From NCBI GenBank assembly GCA_944389185.1, contig CALXLL010000002.1, forward strand, positions 19,004 through 83,003: a stretch of 64,000 nt of DNA. Direction: 5' to 3'. Origin of the DNA: an uncultured Alphaproteobacteria bacterium. GTDB lineage: Bacteria; Pseudomonadota; Alphaproteobacteria; Rs-D84. The notes beneath the pieces are model-generated. The model ran no database searches and had not been told where the DNA came from. It saw only the letters and a program-made list of their open reading frames with translations. The translations under genes were made by a program, and so were the position numbers. This document shows positions 1 to 9,178 of the stretch, piece after piece (the stretch's first letter is position 1; the number at the start of each line of letters is the position of its first letter).

Positions 1-76
1 GAAATAAGCGGTCGAAAACGGGGCAACCCAAGCATTGCACAGTATTGTCTATTAAAGAATTGGCCAGTTCATTCAT
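1..76 (-). CDS. 5' end of a CDS running off the left edge (MNELANSLIDNTVQCLGCPVFDRLF...); probably another member of the membrane-protein family at 80-1369 and 1438-2724
   Basis: ATG at 76-74 lies 3 nt after the stop of the 80-1369 ORF on the same strand. The frame stays open to position 1 by manual translation; it is absent from the ORF track because it is truncated. The CxxC-x-[VL]F-[DS] motif (CLGCPVFDRLF) parallels CWSCQLFSDIM in the 1438-2724 product. Confidence 0.35.
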   Translation of the reverse strand, partial: MNELANSLIDNTVQCLGCPVFDRLF

Positions 77-79
77 AGT

Positions 80-1369
80 TTACTTTTTTATATTTTTGTA
101 TGCTTTATAAGCTCCTTGTATTTTATTTATTAGCGTTTTTGTATCTTTTGTGGTTTTGTTATAGATATTGTCCATATCTGAACCTACGTAAGCGTTAAGC
201 TGTTCTTTTGTTTTTTCAAAAATCTTGAACATCAGGTAAAAAGTAAGAATTGACGATAACCATAATAAAGAATGTTGCCCAAAACCCAAAGCGGTATTTG
301 CTATTTGCGGAACGTTAGTTGTGGCTGTGCCACCGGCAGAAACTACGAATATAGAGCTGTTCCAATTAAACAAAGATTTTACAATTGCTATATTAACGCA
401 CAGTATAAAAGCGCAAGCTATCATAGTAATAACAAGTTGTTGCAGTGCTTTTGTAATTCCGGCAAAGGCGGGCCAAATATCGAACCATTTTTCTTGGCTT
501 CGCGGTTTTATAACCCATGTTAAGACTTGAAATGGATATAAAATTAACGCCATACCGAAATTAAAAATACCTTGAATTATTAAAAGGGCCATAAATACAT
601 TACTTGATACAAAAGTTGCAATTAATAAGATACCAGTTAAAACGTTTAAAAAGTTTTCCCCGCCATGCGGTATCAACGTCATCATACCGCGTAAACCGCT
701 ATTTAAAAACTCAAAGCCTTTTTTAATGATTTGATTATTTGCATTTGATAAGTCAGATATAGGTTGTATTAAAAACTCGCAACTGGACTTGGATAACCAA
801 CCTTGTTCTATTATTGCGGGCGGGCAAGACATATCAGGTGGATTAATACCTGTTTGTTGGATAGAAGATGTGATACCTTCGGTATATAAAGCGCCAAATT
901 GTAAAAATGGATTTATTAAAAACTCGGTTAAATAAACGGGTTTGATTTGTAAAAGAATCGTCGCAGCTATAATCGCACGAATGATAGGGTTTAATAAGTT
1001 TTTACCTATATCCATTGGATTGACGGCGCCTTTGTAAAAATCACCGCCACCGGAAAAACCAAATAAAGAAAGCCAATCAGAAGGGAAATACATTTTCAAC
1101 AGATATAAAGAAATAGAAAGAATAAGAAAAGCCCAAACCAAAACGTATATAATACCTGTTCCTTTTCCGACAAAGAAATCGTAACTGCCGGTTGCAACTG
1201 CCATAAAAGCGTCAAGTATCATAGGAACAAAAGGAGATAAGTTTAAACCGTCAATTAAATCCGTTGCCGCAGCGAATGAGGTGCCTGGGCATAAAATTAA
1301 GTATAACAAAAATGCATAATAAGTTATGCGAGAAAACCATGAAAAAAACTTATGATTTATAAAAATCAT
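80..1369 (-). CDS. polytopic membrane protein with signal peptide; VirB6/TrbL-like T4SS channel-subunit candidate
   Basis: 429-aa ORF. It has a signal-like N-terminus (..LILCPGTSFA/AATD), at least 6 hydrophobic spans, a Cys-containing loop and a Lys-rich tail (..AYKAYKNIKK). Architecture and length match the divergent neighbour. The CDS is near certain; the family assignment is inference from architecture only. Confidence 0.45.
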   Translation of the reverse strand: MIFINHKFFSWFSRITYYAFLLYLILCPGTSFAAATDLIDGLNLSPFVPMILDAFMAVATGSYDFFVGKGTGIIYVLVWAFLILSISLYLLKMYFPSDWLSLFGFSGGGDFYKGAVNPMDIGKNLLNPIIRAIIAATILLQIKPVYLTEFLINPFLQFGALYTEGITSSIQQTGINPPDMSCPPAIIEQGWLSKSSCEFLIQPISDLSNANNQIIKKGFEFLNSGLRGMMTLIPHGGENFLNVLTGILLIATFVSSNVFMALLIIQGIFNFGMALILYPFQVLTWVIKPRSQEKWFDIWPAFAGITKALQQLVITMIACAFILCVNIAIVKSLFNWNSSIFVVSAGGTATTNVPQIANTALGFGQHSLLWLSSILTFYLMFKIFEKTKEQLNAYVGSDMDNIYNKTTKDTKTLINKIQGAYKAYKNIKK

Positions 1370-1437
1370 TCTCTCTTTTGTTAATTATTATTTATAATTA
1401 TATCATAATTCTTATAAAATATGATATACTTAAAACG

Positions 1438-2724
1438 ATGAATTGGTTAAAAAAGTTTTTTATTGTTTTTTTATCTTTCTTGCCTTTAAGTGCAAGTGCA
1501 TTGGCGCCTTTTTTGATTGGTACTGCAATAGGAGTTGCCGGAATTGCTGGTTTTTCAATATATAGAAGTATGGCACCTGTTAACTTAAATGATGCTTTTA
1601 ATTTTTTTTCTTCGTGTTGGTCTTGTCAGCTTTTTTCAGATATTATGTCTGCGATGTCAAGTTTGCTACCAAAAGCTTATAACGCGATAAGCGAAGTTAT
1701 AATCCCTTTTGCGATTATTTTAAGCGTTGTATGGTTCGCATGGACATTATTTTCTGGATATATAAACGCGAAAGTAGAAGAACCTTGGGGTATTACAAGT
1801 AAGTTTACAACGCATCTTATAAAACTTTCGTTTATATCTGCATTGTTATTATTGCCTTTACCAAGAATGCTGAACGACGTTGTGATAGAGCCGATTTTTA
1901 ATGTCGGTTTATATTTGAATAGAGCTTTCGTAACCGATGATAGCTTTGCTAATTGCGTTGTCGCAACTGCCATAGCAGATCCGGTATCAATCAGTGATAC
2001 GGCAGCATCGTCTGGTGCCTTTTCACCAAGATTGCGTCATAATTTGGCTTGTGAATTATCAAATATTCATCAAATTACAGCTTTGGGAATGACGGTTGGA
2101 TGGACTATGTTAAATATGTCTTTTAACGATGAATATATGTATAAGATTTTATGGGATATTCCAATTTTTCCTAATGTATTCGTCTTTTTTGCGGGCGTTC
2201 TGATATTGGGGTTATTTATATATGCTTTATTACCTATACCGCTTTATTTTCTAGAAATATTCATAACGCTGTCTTTGGACTTAATAATGTTGCCGTTTAT
2301 GTTATTAAGCTGGTTGTTTAAGGGATGGGCTATTTTTCCAAATGGCGGTAAAACGATTCAAGGTATGATAAACGACGTAATAAAAGGCACCGTAGGTATT
2401 GCGTTAACTGGTGTATTTTTGATTTTAGCGGTAATGTTTTTAAATGCGATATTTACAGATTGGAATGGGGTAAACTTTTTGCAGCAAGCTTTTGAAAATA
2501 ACGATTCCAGCATACTAATGGACGGTTTAATGCTTCGCAATGACAGTATAGTAACGATTCTTATGATGGGGGTATTTATAGCGATGTTTATGACTATGAT
2601 ACCGTCCTTGGTAAAGACTATATTTAACGTAGAGATTTCCCAGCGTTTTTATGAAAAGGCCAAAAAAGATCTTAATACATTGTGGTCTGGGGCGCAGAAA
2701 TGGTATAAATCTTTAAAAAAATAA
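1438..2724 (+). CDS. paralogous polytopic membrane protein; VirB6/TrbL-like candidate
   Basis: The ORF track starts at 1378, but the ATG at 1438 gives MNWLKKFF.. with signal peptide ..LPLSASA/LAP and a 428-aa product. It has multiple TM spans, a CWSC motif and the same Lys-rich tail type (..KWYKSLKK) as the 80-1369 product. Confidence 0.45.
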   Translation: MNWLKKFFIVFLSFLPLSASALAPFLIGTAIGVAGIAGFSIYRSMAPVNLNDAFNFFSSCWSCQLFSDIMSAMSSLLPKAYNAISEVIIPFAIILSVVWFAWTLFSGYINAKVEEPWGITSKFTTHLIKLSFISALLLLPLPRMLNDVVIEPIFNVGLYLNRAFVTDDSFANCVVATAIADPVSISDTAASSGAFSPRLRHNLACELSNIHQITALGMTVGWTMLNMSFNDEYMYKILWDIPIFPNVFVFFAGVLILGLFIYALLPIPLYFLEIFITLSLDLIMLPFMLLSWLFKGWAIFPNGGKTIQGMINDVIKGTVGIALTGVFLILAVMFLNAIFTDWNGVNFLQQAFENNDSSILMDGLMLRNDSIVTILMMGVFIAMFMTMIPSLVKTIFNVEISQRFYEKAKKDLNTLWSGAQKWYKSLKK

Positions 2725-2792
2725 AAAATCAAGTAATTTATTTTTATAAGTGGTCTTTTTTATATCTTCCGAATCTGATATAATTCATATCA

Positions 2793-3308
2793 ATGAAACA
2801 GTTTCCGATTCTTTATTGGCCACGCAAGACGACGAATGATACGGATTATCATTTGGCGCGTAAGGTTATAAACTCTGTGACTGGGGTTATGCCCGACGTG
2901 TTAACGGGGCAGCTTGATATAATGGATATATTAAACACCAATCCCGAAGCGACCGTTTATTATCCTGTTTTCTGTGAGTCTACTGGTTGGTGGGGTGAAT
3001 TATTAGGTGGCAGCGCAATTGTTACAGATAAGATAATAATATCCCCTGAATGTCAGCTTATGGCAATAGAAGCAGACGGGGCATCATTGGGGGATAATAA
3101 AGGGCAACATCAGCTGCTGGCAGCGGAAATATATCCAACCAGCGGCTTTTTTAAGAAAATGAATTCTGGGGTGGCGACGGTTGCAGATATGCTGGCTACG
3201 GATACAGGAACTATACTTGCTTTATTTTCAGGCAAAAATAAGAATCAATTTATAAATATTTTAGAATCTACCGGTAATTCTTATCTTGGTTGCATAGGCA
3301 GGTATTAA
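2793..3308 (+). CDS. hypothetical protein (171 aa, no signal peptide or TM seen)
   Basis: Clean ORF downstream of the membrane-protein pair. I recognise no motif. Confidence 0.5.
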   Translation: MKQFPILYWPRKTTNDTDYHLARKVINSVTGVMPDVLTGQLDIMDILNTNPEATVYYPVFCESTGWWGELLGGSAIVTDKIIISPECQLMAIEADGASLGDNKGQHQLLAAEIYPTSGFFKKMNSGVATVADMLATDTGTILALFSGKNKNQFINILESTGNSYLGCIGRY

Positions 3309-3403
3309 AAGTCTAATAATTCTTGATTTATGTAAAAATGTTTGTATAATTTACAAGCTTAAATAAAAAACGCGTGTTAATTTTTAACTAAAAGGTTATA
3401 GAG

Positions 3404-3616
3404 ATGAAAAAAGGTATTCATCCTGAATATTATGAAAATAACGTTACTTTGACGGATGGCAGCACTATTAAAATATATTCTTCGGTAAAGAAGGATATGA
3501 TTTTATCAACGGATTATTTAAATCATTCTGCTTGGACTGGTCAGCGTGTAAATACCGGTGAAAAAGGTCAACGTGCAGAAAGGTTTAAAAATAAGTTTGC
3601 TGGTTTCAATTTCTAA
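3404..3616 (+). CDS. rpmE: 50S ribosomal protein L31
   Basis: The MKKGIHPEY.. N-terminus is typical of L31. 70 aa, with GGTTATAGAG RBS region upstream. Confidence 0.9.
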   Translation: MKKGIHPEYYENNVTLTDGSTIKIYSSVKKDMILSTDYLNHSAWTGQRVNTGEKGQRAERFKNKFAGFNF

Positions 3617-3645
3617 TTTGATAAAGTCATAAAGGGGCTGGCCCG

Positions 3646-4353
3646 ATGGATTTGTTGATAAAAGGTTCTACGGAATTAAACAAGATGTTCATGGCGTTAC
3701 AGCGCACAGCCAGTGGTTTGCGTCATGATTTTGGTGAAGTAGAAAGTTTACAGCAGTCGTTAAGGGGGGCAAAAGACTTTGTGCAGAAAGCTTCAAGAAG
3801 AATAGAAGAAAGCATTCTGTCAGATTTGTTGTTAGTCAGACCATCGGCAGGTTTATTAACGCCCAACGTCAGTCAAGAAGGTGACGGGCGCGACGAATTT
3901 GTTTTAGCTTTATCAGGTGCAGCTAATTTCGTTCGTGGGAATCCGCATTTTGCTATATCATTGGCTTTACGCAGTAACGACGAAACAAAAATCGCTTTGG
4001 TTTATTCACCGATTGACGAAAGGTTGTATTATGCCGAGGCAGGACGTGGGGCTTATGTTTTTTCTGCTTATCATTCTGCAAAGTTAAAAGTATCTAATCT
4101 GTCGGAAGAATCGGATTTAATGATTGCTTATAATGTTTCAGATAATCGTAAGATGATTGGGGCAAATCATCGTTGCACCGGTTGTCCTGCGCTGGATTTG
4201 GCGTGGGTGGCTGCCGGTAAGTTTGATGCGTTTATTTCTGATGCGTTGGATTATGCAGAAATTGCAGCTGGTGATTTGATAGTTCGTGAAGCTGGCGGTA
4301 AGATAGAAATGTCTGCAGATTTAATTGTCACAAATGGTAAGGTTAATTTATAA
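3646..4353 (+). CDS. inositol monophosphatase/SuhB-family protein with degenerate metal-binding motifs
   Basis: IMPase-family signatures are present: ..NFVRGNPHFAISLAL.., ..PALDLAWVAAGKFDAF.., ..AAGDLIVREAGG... The canonical DPxDGTxNF motif reads LALSGAANF, and the EE(S/T)G motif is absent. Confidence 0.7.
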   Translation: MDLLIKGSTELNKMFMALQRTASGLRHDFGEVESLQQSLRGAKDFVQKASRRIEESILSDLLLVRPSAGLLTPNVSQEGDGRDEFVLALSGAANFVRGNPHFAISLALRSNDETKIALVYSPIDERLYYAEAGRGAYVFSAYHSAKLKVSNLSEESDLMIAYNVSDNRKMIGANHRCTGCPALDLAWVAAGKFDAFISDALDYAEIAAGDLIVREAGGKIEMSADLIVTNGKVNL

Positions 4354-4456
4354 AAAGTTTGCTGAAAGGCGAAAAAATGATGCGAGATATAAAGCTCGCA
4401 TTATTTTTATATACTGATTGCAAATCTAAGTTAAATATTTTAAACTTTAAAAAGTT

Positions 4457-6505
4457 ATGAAAATTAAGAAAGTTTTACGTTTTGTATTAAATCTTATATT
4501 TTGGGGCTTTACATTTGGTATTGCCGCTTTGGCTGCATTGGTTTTAATTTATGGGAACGATTTACCGGATTATAGAAAACTGGCAACTTATGCGCCACCT
4601 GTTGCAACGCGTCTGTATGCTTCGGACGGAAGCTTGTTAATAGAATATGCAGAAGAAAGGCGGGTGTTTATAGATTTTGCCGATATCCCGCCACAGTTAG
4701 TAAATGCTTTTGTTGCTGCGGAAGATCAAAACTTTTGGACACATCCTGGTATTGATATACAGGGTATAACAAGGGCAGTTATAAACAATACGATGAGATT
4801 GTTTGGGTTTAATACCAGATTTACTGGTGCGTCTACTATAACGCAGCAAGTTGCAAAAAACTTTTTTCTTTCTTCGGAGCGAACGCTTTCAAGGAAGGTT
4901 AAAGAAGCTATATTGGCACTTAGATTAGAAAGAGCTTTTTCAAAAGAACATATAATGACTCTTTACCTTAATCAGATTTTCTTAGGGGCTCGGGCTTATG
5001 GTATAGGTTCTGCTTCATTGATGTATTTTAATAAACCAGTGTCAGAGCTAAATCTTGCGGAATGCGCATTTCTAGCGTCTTTACCCAAAGCGCCGAATAA
5101 TCGCGACAAGGCGATAGAAAGAAGAAATTATGTTCTTCGCAGAATGGTAGAAGAAGGGTATATAACGCAAGCCGAAGCTGATGCTGCCGCAAAAGAACCT
5201 TTGAATATTAACAGCGGTTTTACGGCACAAATGGACGTTGATTTTCAATACTTTGCAGAAGATGTAAGACGTGAACTGCTGGAAGATCTTGGGCGTGATA
5301 CGTTATATAATGAAGGTTTATATATAAAAACAACTATTGTGCCAGAACTTCAAAAGGTGGCTGTTGCGGCTTTGAATAAAGAGCTTGATTCATACAACGC
5401 AAATCGTTCCGAAGACGAACCTAAATTACAGGGGGCAATTATTGCTATGAACCCTCATACCGGTCGCATTGTTGCGATGGTAGGTGGGCGGTCTTTTAAC
5501 GAAAGTTCTTTTAATCGTGCCACGCAGGCTATGCGTCAGATAGGAAGCACGATTAAACCATTTATTTATTTAGCTGCTTTAGAGCGCGGTATGTCACCAG
5601 AAGCATTGTTATTAGACGCACCGGTTGTTGGTTGGCGCGAAGATAATACTTTATGGAAACCAGAAAATCATGACAGGAAGTTCTTGGGTGAAGTGCCTTT
5701 AAGGTTGGTATTAGAAAACTCTCGTAATGTTCCGACTGTTCGTTTGGTGGAAGAAATAGGTTTGAATGAAGCAATTGGGGTTGCACAAAGATTTGGTGTT
5801 TATCCAAATGATTTACCAAATATAAACTTATCGTTGGCTTTGGGGTCTGGTGAAACAACTTTGGAAAAGTTAGTTTTAGGTTATTCGGCTTTTATAAATG
5901 GCGGACGTGCCATACAGCCTAAAATGGTTGATTATATAGAAGATAGATACGGTAGGGTTTTAAGCGGTAAAGGAACCGAACTGGTAGATTGGTATGAAGG
6001 TATGTTGCCACCAGAAAAAGATGATGTTAGTGAACCGTTATCAGACCCTCAAAGTTTATATCAAATGGTTTCCATATTACAGGGTGCAGTAGAACGCGGA
6101 ACGGGAAAGCAAGCCAGAGTTTATGGTCATACAATTGCCGGAAAAACCGGAACTACAAATGAAGTTAAAGACGTTTGGTTTATCGGTTTTTCGAAAGATT
6201 TAATAGCAGGTGTTTATCTTGGTTTTGATACGCCTGCACCGCTTGGTAAGGGTTCGGGCAGTCATATGGCTGCAAGAGTTTTTGCCGATTTTATGAAAGT
6301 TGCGTTGCAAAATGAAAAGAATCAACCTTTCCCTGTTCCTGACGGTTTGACCTTTGTCCGGGTTAATAGAAGGTCTGGGGCAGCAGCATCTGAAGATCCA
6401 GAAGGTATAATTATAACAGAAGCTTTTAAACCAGGTCAAAAACCTAATCCTGCGCCCAAAAAGCAGGCTTCTGAAAGTTCGTTGATGGTTGGTGGAATAT
6501 TTTAA
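4457..6505 (+). CDS. mrcA: bifunctional penicillin-binding protein 1A (transglycosylase/transpeptidase)
   Basis: N-terminal TM. GT51 motifs EDQNFWTHPGID, STITQQVAKN and RKVKEA; transpeptidase motifs STIKPF, SRN and KTGTT. Confidence 0.92.
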   Translation: MKIKKVLRFVLNLIFWGFTFGIAALAALVLIYGNDLPDYRKLATYAPPVATRLYASDGSLLIEYAEERRVFIDFADIPPQLVNAFVAAEDQNFWTHPGIDIQGITRAVINNTMRLFGFNTRFTGASTITQQVAKNFFLSSERTLSRKVKEAILALRLERAFSKEHIMTLYLNQIFLGARAYGIGSASLMYFNKPVSELNLAECAFLASLPKAPNNRDKAIERRNYVLRRMVEEGYITQAEADAAAKEPLNINSGFTAQMDVDFQYFAEDVRRELLEDLGRDTLYNEGLYIKTTIVPELQKVAVAALNKELDSYNANRSEDEPKLQGAIIAMNPHTGRIVAMVGGRSFNESSFNRATQAMRQIGSTIKPFIYLAALERGMSPEALLLDAPVVGWREDNTLWKPENHDRKFLGEVPLRLVLENSRNVPTVRLVEEIGLNEAIGVAQRFGVYPNDLPNINLSLALGSGETTLEKLVLGYSAFINGGRAIQPKMVDYIEDRYGRVLSGKGTELVDWYEGMLPPEKDDVSEPLSDPQSLYQMVSILQGAVERGTGKQARVYGHTIAGKTGTTNEVKDVWFIGFSKDLIAGVYLGFDTPAPLGKGSGSHMAARVFADFMKVALQNEKNQPFPVPDGLTFVRVNRRSGAAASEDPEGIIITEAFKPGQKPNPAPKKQASESSLMVGGIF

Positions 6506-6519
6506 ATAAGGAGAAAGAA

Positions 6520-6816
6520 ATGAAAAAAGTTTTAGGGGCTCTTGTTTTGATGTTAGCTTTATCTGCATGTAGCGATACAAATACAATACAGCTTGACTGT
6601 TCTGGTAATGACGTGGCTATAAATATGTCTGAAGACGGAGAAAGCCTATCTACTGTTATAAACGGTGAAAACGTAGATTTTAATATTGCGATATCCGCTT
6701 CGGGTGTTCGTTATGTTGGACAAATTAATGGAACGGAAGTTGTTTTGTGGAATAAGGGTGAAGATTGGACTTTATATTTTGATGAAAACACACCGATAGC
6801 ATGTTTAGGTAAATAA
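6520..6816 (+). CDS. lipoprotein, MliC-like (membrane-bound lysozyme inhibitor of C-type lysozyme family)
   Basis: Lipobox LALSAC. The ..SASGVRYVG...VLWNKGEDWTL....C pattern resembles MliC. Confidence 0.6.
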   Translation: MKKVLGALVLMLALSACSDTNTIQLDCSGNDVAINMSEDGESLSTVINGENVDFNIAISASGVRYVGQINGTEVVLWNKGEDWTLYFDENTPIACLGK

Positions 6817-6847
6817 TTTTTGTTTTGTTTAATTTATATGATAAAAT

Positions 6848-6879
6848 GTCAGCATAAGAAGGAGATTTTTTATGCTGAC
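6848..6879 (+). promoter_or_regulatory. stem-loop sequestering the mraY Shine-Dalgarno and start codon, followed by a T-run
   Basis: GTCAGCATA (6848-6856) is the exact reverse complement of TATGCTGAC (6871-6879). The stem extends by 5 more pairs, 2 of them G-U, around a GAGA tetraloop. AAGGAG (6859-6864) and ATG (6872-6874) lie inside it, and TAATTTTTTTA follows. Confidence 0.5.
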
Positions 6880-7960
6880 TAATTTTTTTATCGATCAAGG
6901 TTTTAGCTTTTTTGCAAGTGGTTGGATGCAGTTTGCAGCAGCTTTTGGTTTATCTTTTTTGATAATGTTGTTATTTGGTCGCAGTTTTATAAAAGTAATG
7001 CATCGCTGGCAAAAGAAAGGTCAACCAATCAGTGAAAATCTTCCGGAAGAGCATAGAAAAAAAGCCGGCACTCCTACTATGGGAGGGATACTTATTCTGA
7101 TTGCTATTATAATCCCCAGTATTTTATTTATGCCTATGTATAACCCCGTTGGTTGGATTGCATTGTTAGCTTTAATAATGTTTGGTTTAATTGGTTTTGC
7201 AGATGATTATAAGAAAGTATCTTCTCAGTCTCGTAAAGCATCAAATGGTTTGTCGCCTTCTTTAAGATTAATATTGGAAGGTATATGCGTAATAATATTA
7301 ACTTATTTAATAAATAAAACAATGCCGGCTTATGTTCCAGAACTTTCTTTGGCTTTGCCATTTGGTATAATAGTATCTTTGGGGTTTTGGTATTATATAT
7401 TTGCTTACTTTGTGATATGCGGCAGCGCGAATGCAACCAATATAACCGATGGATTAGATGGTATGTTGGTAAAGCTGTATATGCCGGTTTTAGTCGTGTT
7501 AGTCGTTGCTTTATATGGGGCAACGCGCATAGGATTTATGGATACGGTTTTGTTCTTACCCGCTGCAAGCGCTTTATACGCAGTATTGGGGGCGGCTTTT
7601 GGTGCTGTTTTGGGATTTTTATGGTTTAATTCAAAGCCGGCTTCAATATTTATGGGGGATGTAGGTTCACTTGCTTTGGGGGGCTTTATGGGAACTGTTG
7701 CGATGTTATTAAAGTCCGAAATCATTATGGGAATATCAGCAGGTATGATGGTTTTAATTTTATTATCTTCATTCATACAGACAATGTATTTTAAGATAAC
7801 CAGAAAAACAACGGGGACAGGCAAAAGAATCTTTTTACGTGCTCCGCTGCATCATCATTTTGAAGAGCTTGGGTGGCCGGAAACTAAAATAGTAGAGCGT
7901 TTTTTCGTTATATCTATACTTTTTTCCGGGCTTGCTTTGGTATTATTAAAATTCGCATAA
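6872..7960 (+). CDS. mraY: phospho-N-acetylmuramoyl-pentapeptide transferase
   Basis: Motifs KKAGTPTMGGILIL, NATNITDGLDGM and HHHFE; polytopic. Confidence 0.95.
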   Translation: MLTNFFIDQGFSFFASGWMQFAAAFGLSFLIMLLFGRSFIKVMHRWQKKGQPISENLPEEHRKKAGTPTMGGILILIAIIIPSILFMPMYNPVGWIALLALIMFGLIGFADDYKKVSSQSRKASNGLSPSLRLILEGICVIILTYLINKTMPAYVPELSLALPFGIIVSLGFWYYIFAYFVICGSANATNITDGLDGMLVKLYMPVLVVLVVALYGATRIGFMDTVLFLPAASALYAVLGAAFGAVLGFLWFNSKPASIFMGDVGSLALGGFMGTVAMLLKSEIIMGISAGMMVLILLSSFIQTMYFKITRKTTGTGKRIFLRAPLHHHFEELGWPETKIVERFFVISILFSGLALVLLKFA

Positions 7961-7969
7961 AGACAAAAT

Positions 7970-9109
7970 ATGTTTAAAAGAACAGAAGAAAGTAAGTTAA
8001 CCAGTTGGTATTTTGAAATAGACCGAGGTCTATTAGGCTTGCTTTTATTTCTTATCTTGATAGGCGTTTTGTTTGTTATATCTGCCGGTAGCGTTGTTGC
8101 GGAAAGAATGGGGCAACCATGGCATTATTTTGTTCTTAAAGCTTTGCCGTTTTATTGCATAGGTTTGATTACTTTGTTCATAGCAAGTGCATTAAACAAA
8201 AAACAGGTATTGGGTATATCGTGGTTAAATATAGGCGTTGGTTTACTTTTGTTGCTGGTAACCGTGATACATCCGCATATAATCAAAGGCTCTGCTAGGT
8301 TCGTATATTTGGGGTTCGTTAATGTTATGCCTTCCGATATTATGAAACCTGGTTTTGTTATATTGACTGCCTGGTTCCTTGCTAAAATGAAAGAAAAATA
8401 TGGGGAAAATATTTTCTTTAATAAAGAAGCTTGGAAGTTGAACGGAATAAACTGGTGGTATTACATAGCGGTGTTTGTTCCCAGTGTTTTGATTATATTT
8501 ACCCATCCGGATTTTGGAACTTCTGTTTTATATTTTGCTGTTTTGGCTGCAATGTTGTTTATTGCTGGTTTGCCTTTGGTTTTAATACCTTTGTTTGCCG
8601 CTGGTGGACTGCTGGGGTTAACTGTTGCTTTTTTTACAATGTCGCACGTTCACAATCGTATTATTTCTTGGCTTTATGGAACGGGCGATAAATATCAGAT
8701 AGTTAAGTCAATTCAGTCCATTCAACATGGTGGTTTATTTGGCAGTGGTGATAATGCGTTTATCAAACAGTCTTTACCAGATGCACACACAGATTTTATT
8801 TATGCTGCAATTGCGGAAGACTTGGGTGCTATTATGGCATGTGGTTTGTTGGTAGTGTTGCTTTTGGTTTTAAAAAGGTTAACGTTGTCTGCGCTTAATG
8901 CAAAAGATAAGTTTGTTTTTTATGCGGCGGGGGGGACGGCAGCTTTGTTTGGAACGCAAGTTTGTATAAACTTGATGTCAACGTTGCATATATTTGCACC
9001 CAAGGGTATGACTTTACCTTTTATATCTTATGGTGGAAGTTCTTTTGTTGGTTTTTGTTTGCTGTTTGGCATGGTATTAGCGCTTGTCAGAGAAGATAAA
9101 TGGAAGTAG
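7970..9109 (+). CDS. ftsW: SEDS-family peptidoglycan glycosyltransferase FtsW
   Basis: FtsW/RodA/SpoVE-type polytopic protein (..PDAHTDFIYAAIAEDLG.., ..GMTLPFISYGGSS..) located between mraY and murG. Confidence 0.88.
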   Translation: MFKRTEESKLTSWYFEIDRGLLGLLLFLILIGVLFVISAGSVVAERMGQPWHYFVLKALPFYCIGLITLFIASALNKKQVLGISWLNIGVGLLLLLVTVIHPHIIKGSARFVYLGFVNVMPSDIMKPGFVILTAWFLAKMKEKYGENIFFNKEAWKLNGINWWYYIAVFVPSVLIIFTHPDFGTSVLYFAVLAAMLFIAGLPLVLIPLFAAGGLLGLTVAFFTMSHVHNRIISWLYGTGDKYQIVKSIQSIQHGGLFGSGDNAFIKQSLPDAHTDFIYAAIAEDLGAIMACGLLVVLLLVLKRLTLSALNAKDKFVFYAAGGTAALFGTQVCINLMSTLHIFAPKGMTLPFISYGGSSFVGFCLLFGMVLALVREDKWK

Positions 9110-9178
9110 TTTTTTAGTTGTATTGAAAGATTATTATACCAGTGATATAATTCTTATTAAATATATAAAGGATTTCTT

